A stretch of 63,771 nt of DNA, counting the filler, from Choristocarpus tenellus KU-1152 (Eukaryota; Protista; Phaeophyceae), in assembly GCA_964200185.2 (NCBI GenBank). It is 10 parts of 10 records of this genome, joined end to end, with 100 filler letters (N's around TTAATTAATTAA, not from the genome) between each part and the next. Parts side by side here need not be neighbours in the genome. Positions count along the whole stretch, not along the records: positions 26,485 to 31,059 come from CAXNAD020013950.1; positions 31,160 to 35,397 come from CAXNAD020015541.1; positions 35,498 to 39,204 come from CAXNAD020018393.1; 7 more parts are not named here. The stretch is one strand, 5' to 3'. The notes below the pieces were generated by a model. It was not told the origin of the DNA. It searched no databases and saw only the letters and a program-made list of their open reading frames with translations. The position numbers and the translations under genes were made by a program. Positions 26,385 to 38,053 of the stretch are shown here, piece after piece. Within the stretch, counting starts at the first letter, position 1. The number at the start of each line of letters is the position of its first letter.

Positions 26385-26675
26385 NNNNNNNNNNNNNNNN
26401 NNNNNNNNNNNNNNNNNNNNNNNNNNNNTTAATTAATTAANNNNNNNNNNNNNNNNNNNNNNNNNNNNNNNNNNNNNNNNNNNNGTGCAGGCGTTTCACC
26501 ATTGGCGTGTGCTGCCGTACCTGTCGTATATCATTGACTTAAACTGGAGGAACAAAATGTCATGTCTGCTTACATACAGCCAATATTTTACGATATCATA
26601 GAACATTAGATTTTGGTTTGTGATTCCCACATGTGAGGGGTTGAAGAGGTGGCATGAAAGACCAAGTCTGTTCCA

Positions 26676-27035
26676 AAAAAGGTATCCTCCCATAACGTAG
26701 TCCTCTTCTTTCATATAAACGGTTCAACATTTCATAAATGTCATAAATGTAATTCCTACCATTTTTGTCCCACAACATATACTCAACACCAAGAAATCGT
26801 CCATTTGATAAAGTGACTAGGACTTAGCGCGTTTTTTCTTTTATGCGCTACAGTTACAAAAGTTCCGAAAAGGTATGCTCCCATATTGTAGTCCTTTTCT
26901 TTCACATAAACGGTTCAACATTTCATAAATGCAATTCCAACCATTTTTGTCGCACGATAGATACTCCACACCAAGAAATCGTCAATGTGGTAAAGTGACA
27001 AGGACCTGCCGCGTTTTTTTTTATACACTACAGTT
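26676..27035. repeat. Imperfect ~190-bp tandem duplication
   Basis: AAAAGGTAT(C/G)CTCCCATA...TAAACGGTTCAACATTTCATAAATG...CACCAAGAAATCGTC occurs twice. Confidence 0.8.
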
Positions 27036-27506
27036 ACAATAAATATATATATTACAAATAAACCCAACTTCGCCCAAACCAACCCCCCTTCCTCACAAAT
27101 CTCATTCACCCATCCAATGTTTAACCAACGAAAGGTGAACATTATCGAGCATTCGCTGCCGCCATTCGAGGAGAGGACGCTCACGACCGCACGACACAGG
27201 TGGGATGGACACCAGATAGGCCCTGGGGGAACTGGGTAACACAAGAAATGGACTCGAGGACTCCAGATGGCTGGGTCTGGCGCCACCCCAAAGGTAAGCG
27301 CAGACAACCATCGTCATTAGATATACGTCAAATACAGTCCAGGCGTATCTTAAATATGACAGTGAGGGATGAACGTTCCTAGGATCTTCCAAATACGAAT
27401 AAAACAGTCTAACCGAAAGCATTCAACGTTACGACAAACCCCTCTCAACGTTGAACATTATATCCGATACAACATTTCCGATACTTTTCGATACCCCCAA
27501 ATGCCC

Positions 27507-27545
27507 TGACCCTAACCCTAACCCTAACCCTAACCCTAACCCCAA
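27507..27545. repeat. Interstitial telomere-like (CCCTAA)n tract
   Basis: CCCTGACCCTAACCCTAACCCTAACCCTAACCCTAACC. Shorter or degenerate tracts near 7371, 11903, 13505, 17157, 17447 and 17946. Confidence 0.9.
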
Positions 27546-27582
27546 CTCTTCAAATGCCTTCCATTACAACCTTGACCCTGGC

Positions 27583-28300
27583 CCTAGCCCTTCACACACC
27601 AAGTCAGTCACATGACATTCATCCAGCTTCTTAAATGAAATACTATTACACTTTCAAAAATCTTCTCCCATACGACAAAGGACACCAAATTCAGTCCATG
27701 TTCACGTTCACATTTTTGGGGGTACAATCCTCCATCAGACGTTCGTCCTTCATGAGCCGAGAAAGCAACAACAACCTGTCTTCCGTCATACGACATAACA
27801 CGCCAACTCGTCTCGTTTTTGTCCTAGCCCTTCACACACCAAGTCAGTCACAAGACATTCATCCAGCTTCTTAAATGAAATACTACTACACTTTCAAAAA
27901 TATTTTGCCATATGACAAAGGACACCAAATTTAGTCCATGTTCACGTTCACATTTTTGGGGGTACAATCCTCCATCAGACGTTCGTCCTTCATGAGCCGA
28001 GAAAGCAACAACACCCTGTCTTCCGTCATACGACATAACACGTCAACTCGTCTCGTTTTTGTCCTAGCCCTTCACACACCAAGTCAGTCACAAGATATAG
28101 ATCCAGCTTCTTAAATGAAATACTATTACACTTTTAAAACCATTTGCCGTACACTAGGGGACACCAAATTTAGTCCATGTTCACGTTCACATTATTGGAG
28201 GTGAACTCCTCCATCAAGCGTTCGTCCTTCATGAGCAGAGAAAGCAACAACAACCTGTCTTCTGTCGTACTGCAGAACATGTAAACCCGTGTCATTTTCA
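27583..28300. repeat. 240-bp tandem repeat, ~3 copies
   Basis: Unit starts CCTAGCCCTTCACACACCAAGTCAGTCAC at 27583, 27823 and 28063; the third copy is more diverged. Confidence 0.95.
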
Positions 28301-28806
28301 TGGCTTACAGAACACTTTCTAAATGTTTTCCATGTCCACTACATCGAACCTAAATACTCGATGCTCACGTTTCGAAGATAGACAAGCAAAGGCAAGAACA
28401 GTCGGCGCAGTCTCTGACTTTCCAACATAACAATTCTCACACGTGTTCAGTATCACCCAACCTTACCCTGGACCATCCTATACACCGCGAGCATGGTCTC
28501 TAAGCGCCCCCTCGACTGAAGACGTGGCAACGTTCTCCATGTTCGAATCTTCAATCTACAACTCAAACGTAAAGGGAAACAAAGTCCCACAACCCACACA
28601 GTATCCTATCTTCGTTCCCCCTCAGGAAGCGGACATTCAAGACACCGCCCAAGACCAGTACCCTCCAATCCCACAAGAAATATAGGACTGACCAGATCAT
28701 GGACCTGTTCCTCTCCATGCTTGTCGACCATAATGTTAACACGAGGGCGAACGAGGCGGATACACATTGAACAATCTCAACCTTTCACCCTCATCTCTCC
28801 GACACA

Positions 28807-30870
28807 GTGAAAATGCACTACATCAAGGTCCAAACGTTCAGCTCTTCCGCAACGAAACGCGTGGAATTCATACGTGATATACAACAACAGAAGCATCACA
28901 ATGCCGCGCCTTCACATGGCGCCGGAGGATCGTCTGTCATATCTGGCACCCACGCCGTGTTGTCCTCTACGACAAGCGTCACCCACAGGTACGAAAGTAT
29001 GTACTCATGGGCGGTCAGCAGTGTGTGCCGCACAGGGCAGCATCAAGGGGGAAAACCCACGCTATACCTAAGCTAATTATTTACCCTTAAAAAATCGAGC
29101 TTAACAAATTTTACGAAGTTCCTAGGTCCCACAGTGTGTAACTACTAACGCCTATTCCACATGTTCCATTATTTCCACGAGTAAAAAGAATAGGGCGAGG
29201 GTATTCGACATGGCAAGGGACAGCTCCTCGCGACAGTTCGACGTGCAGCACCCTGGAACACATGTCCTTGGTATAGCCGTCTGGGAGAGCAATAGCACCG
29301 CCATGCCACACGACCCGATCACATCTCATGACTCAACCGCTGGAATGCACCATTTGGACCCAGATACCAACAAGAGGGGTGTCACCCGGATGCACTGTGT
29401 CAACAGCACCCTCAGAGGTATTGCATGCGAATGAGTCGCGAGACAAAGTATCTTAGAGGGTAGAGGCGCATCCATTCGGGGGGTCCAAAATCCAATGTTG
29501 CGATTACTATGTAATCTTGGCTGTCATTTTTGTTAGGAGATGTCAACATCTTTGTTCTGGACACTACGTTTCATAACGTATACATATTACGTACTCCTCT
29601 TGGGGTAAGTCAAATGTCATTTCAAACATGTCGGCAGTTAAGCATCAAATGAACAAACAGAGAAAAAAACTCGTATCCTCTAAGATACTTACACTCTCGC
29701 ATCGCTACACAAGCGCTGAACATTCGCCATCGACACATGGTTATGCATCACCATTACATCTTCCTTCTCAACAACATATTTTATCATTTTTTAAAATTAC
29801 ATGACAAACTGTGTAACCCACGTCAAAACAGGATACAGATTGGGACAGATGAGAATGTCTATGCGAACTTCAGGGAGAGATTCGAACTTGAGGAGATGTC
29901 AGGACCAGTACCCTGTCTGTCAACATTCGTGAAATGGAGACCGTTCTACATCCCAAAGGCAACGCCAAGGTGTGTCTAGAAAGAGTCAAAGGACTAGTAG
30001 GGACGTACCATGCAGGATCCTGATAAGAGTCTGTGATGCTGTATATCGCTGCAATCTATACGCTCCCATACTCTCACGCATCCGCCACCTGCCCCAAACG
30101 CACGCCGTCTCCCTTGCTCCTATCCCGCACACCATACAGGTCGTGTGTTTGCATCCACCACATGACTAGTGACCTTCAGGTTAAGTGCCTTAGAGAAAAC
30201 TGGAACAAGGTACACTCAAGAACGAGCATTGGCGATGATGGACAACGGACTTGCGCATGCACGTGTGACTTCTGTGACAAGGGCAAAGGATGTGGCTCTG
30301 AAGGAATACATATTGCACTCTGGAGCGCTGCCAATCTAATGGCCTAGTTCCATATCGATTATGCCTGTCCTTGCATGAACAAAATACACAGGATACGAAT
30401 CTTGTTTGTATGCAATTCTACAGCAATCGCAATATGTCCATTCACAAACCACCAATCGCATTCAATTACAACTGTATTTGCCAAGCGACGCATACACGCA
30501 AATGAATTCATTATTCGTTATATTCACAGCATACACCCCTGCTAAATTTGAAACGCTTCTTACCACGATGGCTTGCCTAAACTCTGGGGAGAACAAGTCG
30601 TTTGGTCGCATCTGAGTGCCCCTAATTACACACTGCTTAACACAAATATATTCCGACTTACACCATCCCTTCCGTACATACACTCACACCATACCCCTCA
30701 GACTTGAACAGATAGGGAGGGCAGACTCCACAGCAACACACTTGCAGAACTTCTACAGAACGCCACGTTCAGAACCCAGGAGGTAGTTCACCTTCCAGCT
30801 TACAGGATAGACCGCTCGGGACGACATGACCCATGTGTCCCGAACTTGAGTGGCATAACGTCCATGCACA
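28807..30870 (+). pseudogene. Decayed intron-containing, probably transposase-related gene
   Basis: Exon-like blocks with splice-site-like edges encode VWESNSTAMP, VYANFRERF...CLSTFVKWRPFYIPKATPRC and a Cys cluster CACTCDFCDKGKGC. The STF.K.RPF[YW] motif followed by Cys-rich sequence recalls N-terminal regions of eukaryotic DDD transposases (from memory). Stops and frameshifts are present. Confidence 0.35.
29440..29696 (+). mobile_element. MITE family B copy with TCGC target duplication
   Basis: TCGC|GAGACAAAGTATCTTAGAGGGTA...TATCCTCTAAGATACTTACACTC|TCGC. Confidence 0.92.
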
Positions 30871-33800
30871 GGTTTTTCACTGGTCGACACACCAACGGAG
30901 ACTCCTGTACGTTGTTATACACAGAGATGTCGTGCTCCTGCACCATGTGGGCAATGTCGCCAACTGTAAGTGGCAACAAACTCACGTGTGTCGAATAGCC
31001 TAGTGTTATCCTTACGTTGTTTGTGCTGACACAAGTATATAACATAGGTTATACGTACGNNNNNNNNNNNNNNNNNNNNNNNNNNNNNNNNNNNNNNNNN
31101 NNNTTAATTAATTAANNNNNNNNNNNNNNNNNNNNNNNNNNNNNNNNNNNNNNNNNNNNTACCTTTGTGTGTGCGCGCGGATGTGTATTTGGACTAAGAT
31201 CAGCTCCCGAAGCGACCTGTCCGTCACAAACTAAGTGGATGGAAAAAAGATGCACACTAGTAACTATAAAAAAGAATGCGGAATGAAGAACCAAGGAAAA
31301 AAAAGCTGAAGTCTAAGAATCAACGTCCTTGGCGGTGGTGAGGAGTCTTGAACGAAGGTATTCAAATCGAACGCGTTGCAGGTTCTTGGTCAGAATGTCT
31401 GCAAGTTGTTCCTTGGTGCAGATGTGGACAACACGAACGATGCCAGAAGCCACCATTTCCCGGAGGAAGGCAAGGCAAACCCCGGCGTGTTTGGTGCGTG
31501 GGCTGTAGGCCAGGTTGTTCGCCAGATAGGTGGTGCCTTGGTTGTCCTCATGTAGAATCTGTGGAGTCTTGGCATCGAATCCAAGGGAGGAGAGTATACT
31601 ACGAAGGTGGTGGGCTTCTTGAGCTCCAAATCTGAGCGCGTGGCTTTCACTCTCTGTGCTGGACAGGGTGACCATTGACTGCTTCTTGCTTTACCAGGTG
31701 ACAGGGCCTCCATTCAGCATGAAGATGTAGCCTGAAGTGTAGCGGTAGGATTCGGGGTCACTTGCGTAACTAGCATTGGCGTAGCCATGTGGGGTTGGGG
31801 ATTTGGGAGGAGGGGATGAGTATCGAAGGGCAAAGGAAGTATCACCCCGAAGGTAGCTGAGTACTCCTTTCGCGGCATTAAGGTGAGGTTGGGAAGGGTT
31901 GGCGCTGAATCGGGTGAGTTGCATGACAGCACGAGATATATCTGGGCGTGTGCAAATAGAAAGGCAGAGGAGACTGCCAACAAGGGTTTGGTAATGTTTG
32001 GTATCATGGGGGGACAGTAGGGACTCAGGATGAGGGGAAAGTTCATGGGGGTCAGCAGGGGTCAGAGATGAGTTGCAGTTAGCCATCCCGAATCGGTCCA
32101 AGAGACTACGAACATAAAGCTCTTGAGTGAGGATGATCTCGTGCTTGGTCAGGTCTCGGACTACGCGTATTCCCATTATCCATTCAGATTGTCCAAGGTC
32201 TTCCATCTCGAACTGCTGCTGAAGTATGCGTTTGGTAGTGTTGATAAGGTTAGCATTGGATCCTGTTATCACCATGTCATCCACGTAGACAAACAGGATA
32301 ATTTCTGCTTCCCCTCTGGTATACACGCAGGGACCAGCAACACTCGGGGTCAGGTGAATAGAGGTGAGAGTGTGATGGAGGGTTTGATGCCAGGCACGAG
32401 GGGCTTGCTGGAGGCCGTACAGGGCTTTGTTGAGGCAGTACACCCGTGGGAGGCCTTGGGCAGTGGTTTCTGGAAATCCCGGCGCTGGGTGGGTGAAGAC
32501 TCAATCGGTGAGTGGGCATTGGAGGAAGGTGGATTTGACATCCATTTGAAATAGAGGCCAGTCATGGTAGGCAGCAAGGGAAAAAATAGTGCAGATGGTA
32601 CCCAGGCGGGCGACTGGGGCAAAGGTGTTGTGAACGTCGATACCTGGGATCTGGGTGTACCCCCTGGCAACCAGGCGGGCCTTGCGCTTGAGGATGGTTC
32701 CATCAGACTGGCGTTTAGTCTTGAACAGCCACCCAGTGAAGATGATGTTGTCTGTGGGGAGAAGGCTTGCTTCATCCACCACACTCCAGGTCTTGTTCCA
32801 CAGGAGTGATCCATACTCCGCACAAATAGCTTGCTCCCAGTCAGGGTGTTTCATGGTCTTTGTGAAAGAACGTGGCAGGTCAGGGATAATGGGGCTAGAT
32901 GGGGTGTGATGTAGGAGGACAGAGTGAACAAAGGAAGATTGAAGGGTGTTAGATATAGATGTGGTGGCAGAGGAGGCCCCAGCAAGGATGTCAGGGCAGT
33001 CAAATAAAGTGGTAGTAGCAAGGGAGGCCTCCTCACGGAGACCTGGGTTGTTAAATGAGCTGAGGCAATGAAGTTCTCGAGATTGTGCAGTGGTAGGAGG
33101 CAGTGGTAAGGAGGTTGGGGGTGGGGTGGCTATGTTGTCTGAGGGAGTCAGTGTTGATAGAAGGTGGGGTTGTAGGGGTGGGGTGTATGCATGTTTGATC
33201 TGGTGGTGCGGGTGTAAGATCAGTGGAGTTATGCAGCCAGAGTCGACTATAAAGGAGGTGAGTTCAGTTGGTTACGGATCTTGGACTGGAGTGGTGTGGT
33301 GTGTTGTGACGGTGGAAAAGCAGTAGCGGTCTGGTTGGGAATGGTGGGTGGTCCGTTGGTTGGATGGGGGGCTGTCGGTGGGGAAATGTAGCGTTTTTGG
33401 GCGCGGCATTCTTGGTCAGTGTGTGTGGATGACATGTGAAATGAGTACTACATGCCAGTGGGCGGGTAGGGGGTGTGGTTTGGTGGGGTGTGAGCAGGTG
33501 GGAGTGGGCCTGAAGTAGAGGGACGGTTGGGGCAGCGGCGATTGTGGTGACCAGGTTGCTTGCAGTGTCGGCAGAGGCGTGTCTTGGCGGACAGTGCAAG
33601 GTTAGAAGCACCGTCAGTGGAGGAGTAAGCCAGGTTCAGGTCGTTGTTATACGTTTCACGAATGGCTGTGGTGAGGAGGTCCTCAGTGGAGTACTCAGAA
33701 TGGAAGCGTACTTGACTGCAAAGCGTATCGTAGTCAGGCGAAAGTCCAGAGATTATTGCAGCCTGCAGGCGAAAATCAAATATGGTTTCACCGAAGCCTT

Positions 33801-34340
33801 CCAATTCCGCCTTGGCCTTGTAGAGACGTAGGAGCCATTGGTCGGGGTCTTCACCAGTCTCCATGGTACAGTTCTCGAAGCGACGATGAACTGCACGCAT
33901 CCTTTTGTTCGGTTGCCACTTCGTACTTGGACTTCAGTGCCTGCCATGTGGACAACCCATCATTCAGTTGGGTCTCATCGCGATGTTGGAGTCCATGCAG
34001 TAGGTGCTAGGTGGGTCCACGACAGGTAGCAAGGAAGATGCCGAAGAGCTGGTCATTGTCCTCGTCGTAGGTGGTGGAGGGTGAAGCAATGGCAGCGGTG
34101 GGACGTGACGGGCGCTGGACCAGAACTTTATGGGCGTTGGGTGCAACACAGCTCAGGATACCCACGAAGTCAAGTTTGAAGGTGTCCCAGGAGGAGTCGT
34201 CGCCAGTAAAGACGGGGAGGTTTAGGTTGCGTTCAATGACGGTGGCGTGAAGGGATCTAGTTGGGTGAGAGGGAAAAAATGGGGACAGGACAAGGGAGGG
34301 TCGGGAGGATTGGGTGTAGTATGTGTCGATCAAGTGTTGA

Positions 34341-34351
34341 GGCTCATAACC
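34341..34351 (-). other. Primer-binding site of copia element (GGTTATGAGCC)
   Basis: Abuts the LTR 3' end and matches the GGTTATG(A/G)GCC half-initiator-tRNA-Met PBS type known from Drosophila copia and yeast Ty5. Confidence 0.8.
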
Positions 34352-34671
34352 TATTGAAACCTGAATCGAACGCATTGTATATGTGATACATAGACTAAGA
34401 AGGAAGAGGAATCATGGTGTTGCAAAGCACCGATGAGTAGGGAACGTAGTCGGTGGTATGAGTAGATCTGATTGTGAAGTAAAGCACTGATGTATTTGTT
34501 CTGTTGCAACTGAAGTCATTGACCTCTCAGTTAAGAATGATGTGATGTGAATACAGTGTTATTTCATGGTATACTTAGTAAAAGAAGTACACAGGCTCTG
34601 TGAAGAGGCTTGTTACCTTGACTGGCAAGGGTTTCAGTAGATGGTTTTAACTCTCGATTCAGGTTTCAACA
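34352..34671 (-). repeat. 5' LTR (320 bp) with 18-bp terminal inverted repeats
   Basis: Minus strand begins TGTTGAAACCTGAATCGA and ends TCGATTCAGGTTTCAATA (17/18 inverted match), directly followed by the PBS. Confidence 0.85.
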
Positions 34672-34674
34672 TAA

Positions 34675-34938
34675 GATGAGGGAGAAACACTCAATGCCGG
34701 TGCCAAGGGCAGGGAACTATACTTCAGATGGGACCATCAGTGGATGTGAGGTACTGTGACCAAATACCAGCCCCACTACATGGTGAAAGTTGGAGATGAG
34801 CGAGTCAGCTACTCCTATGAGGTTAAATGGGAGAATGGCAAATTGCAAAATATCCAGCTTCTTGTGGAATGATACAGTATAGACCAAGACGCTCCTACAA
34901 GGGGCTGGTTCTGGACAAGTCCGGCTCTGCCCACATAG
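34675..34938 (+). pseudogene. Decayed coding fragment (aromatic-rich, beta-barrel/Tudor-like pattern)
   Basis: One frame reads KGRELYFRWDHQWM*GTVTKYQPHYMVKVGDERVSYSYEVKWENGKLQNIQLLVE*YSIDQDAPTRGWFW; both internal stops are TGA. Confidence 0.45.
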
Positions 34939-35635
34939 TGACGAGAGACACCACTTTGGGGAGCAACCGAGGCGAATTCTGTTCGTGAGTCACCCTCTAC
35001 TTCGCCAATCAGGCACATGCCTCGACAGACATGTCGTGCTGGAGAGGTCGGACGTTCTATAAATCAACAAACTTCTTTGGTATCATATCTGACCAACTTG
35101 TCGGGGCCGAAACGGATGGCCCCTCACTAACCACCCTGTTAAGAATATGCTTTTTATTCATATGCAAAATATGATTCTGTGGGAGAAACATTTAGTTGTT
35201 GAAGTATTGTTGGATAATGAAAATATTGTCCGCGGGTTATTATAATATAGCCCGATAGTATGTCTTTGTTAGGTGACAACTAAAATATTGTCTGCGGGTT
35301 ATTTTAGTACAACGGATTGAATGACGGGTTATTAGAGAATATGTGAATCGTAAGGTGATGACCCCCTTTGAGCTTGGAGGCTCACTCTCCTTTCTTANNN
35401 NNNNNNNNNNNNNNNNNNNNNNNNNNNNNNNNNNNNNNNNNTTAATTAATTAANNNNNNNNNNNNNNNNNNNNNNNNNNNNNNNNNNNNNNNNNNNNGAT
35501 ATGAATCCGTTGACATCACAGCAGGGGAGTGGGAAAAGGTTGATGCTGAGATTAGCGGATCATAATCGTGATCCCCCATGTAAACCTAGTGAACCATCCG
35601 AGCGTGCTCTTAGGTATGAAAGGAGACTGGTTGGT

Positions 35636-38053
35636 TTACTTGTTGGTGGGAAAGATAGGCTCCTCCCACCTGAACCATGTCATCAGTGGAGCGTCCGGGG
35701 GGAGTTCTGGGAAACAATCCATAATGACCATCACCACCTCCCAACCTCCCAAACTTTCTTCCCCCCCTTTCTTCTCTATCTTGTGCCTCATCAGCACTGC
35801 TCCCTTCCTACCCCGGTCCCCTTTTGACCCTGTAAGTGTTACCTCTATTTTCTCTGCCTGGTGTCTATCCTCCCACCTTAATCTTTCTACTACCTCCTCC
35901 ATACTATGTCCCTCCTTCTTACTGAATCCCACCACCCAGGGCTATTCCTCCACCCAAATTGGAGTCTAAAGTCGATCACCAACAAATCTCCCACACAATA
36001 TCCAAACTTTGCTGCACCCTGTGGTTCTACTGGTACCTGGCGAAAGGCATCTTTAACATCCACCTTACTAATCACAATTCTCGCCTTAGGGAACTTCTTC
36101 CTTAATCCTACAATCCTCCTATTCACGTCTTCTAGAACTTGTCCCACAATGTACCGGGGGGGCGCCTGCCAAATCTGTTTTCTCATTCACACTCGGCCCC
36201 CAACTCTCTCGCTCACACGACAGATCATGAATGATCCTTACTTTCGTAGGTTCTTGGATTTCTCCAACAGGGGACACCTGCAATCCTGGAATCTTTCCCC
36301 ATATCCCTTTTGGAAACACTAATGCTCTACCCTGGGTCACGCCACTCACTACTTTTTCTAGGAGGGCCCTATTTCTGCTTCTTGCACTCTTGTGGTTCCC
36401 ATATTCTGATCTCTCCTCAACTCTGCCTGTTCCTTCAACACACACTGATACTCCCCTTTCTACTACCTGTTGAAGTTTATCTATCTGTGAGAAAGCAACC
36501 TTTTTCCCAAAATGGTTATCAATCTTCCCCCAATTCAACCGTTTTGGACTCCACCTTTCCCCCAACCTATCCACTAGCGTTCTCAAATCCCCCCCACACT
36601 CTCCTAGTAATACTTCCCCCTTCAACGCCAAGTCATTCAATCCCTTCACTAACCTTACCCAATCCTTTCTCCTTTCCAGTTTTCCCATGCCCTCAACCAA
36701 TCTTCAATTTGATCAGTCTTTCTCCCTTCCCTTCCCCCTCTACCTTTTACTGTCCGGCGTATTGACCCTGGTGTTGGAATCCCTGACGTCCCCTGCCTAT
36801 GTTGTGGTATTACTGACGTCCATTGGTCTCGTTCGCCAGCCTATCCCTTGGGGGGGTGGGCCCGCATCTTCATGGGTCTTTCTTTGTAAACTTGACGTCC
36901 GTCTGGTCTTCCTTTCCCTTTTCTTCTTCTTCTTGGAAGTGGTCGTATTTGCAGTATCCATTCATTTTTAGGGATTTGCATTCCTGTCCCGCCTTCCACG
37001 CAAAGCACGGGTTGTACGTCCTTCCCCCCCCCTTCAAAACTCCTGCCCTATTTCTCTCGTCTGGTCTGGGGGACTTGGACCCTCTTGTCTCCCCCCATAT
37101 GTCCCCGCCCTCTTCATTGACCGAGAGCGGGACTCAGTGCTGTATAGGGCAGGTAGCATATTCTTGGCCTGACCCAATTTCATCTCTAAGCATGGGAAAC
37201 GAGGGCTCGGCGGGAGTGGTATCCGCGTTTCACGGGTTGGTGGGGCGTTAAACCTGTTCCCTATTATATCTGCCGCTGCTGCTAATTGCTTCTCCGAACA
37301 CTGAAGATCCTCCCCTACTGCCCAGAGTATCAGTTCAACAATCCGGGGACTCTCTGACAGTGTGGGTTTATTGACCCCATAAAACATTCGTACCTTGCAC
37401 CTGGCCGCTTCCAAATCCTCTATCACTCTTGCTGTCCTCCTCTGCCCTTGATTCCAACTATCCCCATACCTGCATAACCTCACCATTGCTGCCACGAAAC
37501 AGTCGAAATTGTCTGGCAATTCGTAGTCTCCCTTGAATGTTTCCTCCCCAGCTCCCCCCTTGGTAGGTAGTCCTTGATCGTAAAGGCTGCCAGGTTTTCT
37601 CGCTGTCTCACCACCTCTTCTGTCACGTCGGTTGTCTCCTCCACCATCCTTTGTAACTCGTACTGCGTTGCTCTGGCATTCCCCGTTTTGATAAACAAGG
37701 GGATGAAACCGAGAAGTACGAAATACTTTATCACCTCCACCCTGCTCCACGCTTGAATTAATGACTTCTCTTTAAACCTCTCTGCCATTGATGTTGATTA
37801 TATCGAACCTCTTTCCACTCTCGATCCGGCTCCCCCTCCCATCCCTCTGTCTTCCCCCCCCCTTTCTGGTTTTTGTGTACGACATAGTTCTTGCAAGATC
37901 TCCATCATACACTCCATTCTCTCCGTTAACTTTCTTATCTCGTTGTTTTTGAACTTGGGGTTGGCTGTGCTCGCTTTCACTCCTGTTCTCTATTTCGTCT
38001 TCTTCTTCTTCCACTCCTTTTCTCTCTCCCTCCCCCCTTGCAAGGAATCCCAT
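35636..38053 (-). mobile_element. DIRS/Ngaro-like (tyrosine-recombinase class) retrotransposon fragment: gag-like ORF plus RT, frameshifted
   Basis: RT motifs LQVSPVG...KVRIIHDLS, SKVDVKDAFRQVPV and DFRLQFGWRNSPGWW. The upstream gag-like region has a CCCH finger (CFAWKAGQECKSLKMNGYCKYDH, ~36945-37010). The recombinase lies outside the contig. Confidence 0.8.

Larger units (their letters stand above)
31313..34671 (-). mobile_element. Ty1/copia LTR retrotransposon, degenerate and internally deleted (5' LTR, PBS, gag, PR stub, RT, RNase H)
   Basis: Gag with zinc knuckle CRHCKQPGHHNRRC; protease motif FIVDSGC (DSG at 33236-33244); RT motifs KRKARLVARGYTQIPGID, QMDVKSTFL, LNKALYGLQQAPRAW, VYVDD; RNase H motifs VTLSSTESE, EDNQG, RTKH, EQLADILTK. 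Several frameshifts. No integrase. No 3' LTR before the contig end. Confidence 0.95.

Noticed and set aside
27583-28300. CRISPR-like array
   Set aside because: Contiguous 240-bp units with no unique spacers, eukaryotic context, no cas genes.
34675-34938. Two in-frame TGAs as Sec recoding
   Set aside because: No redox motif context; CGA-to-TGA decay in a dead element is simpler.
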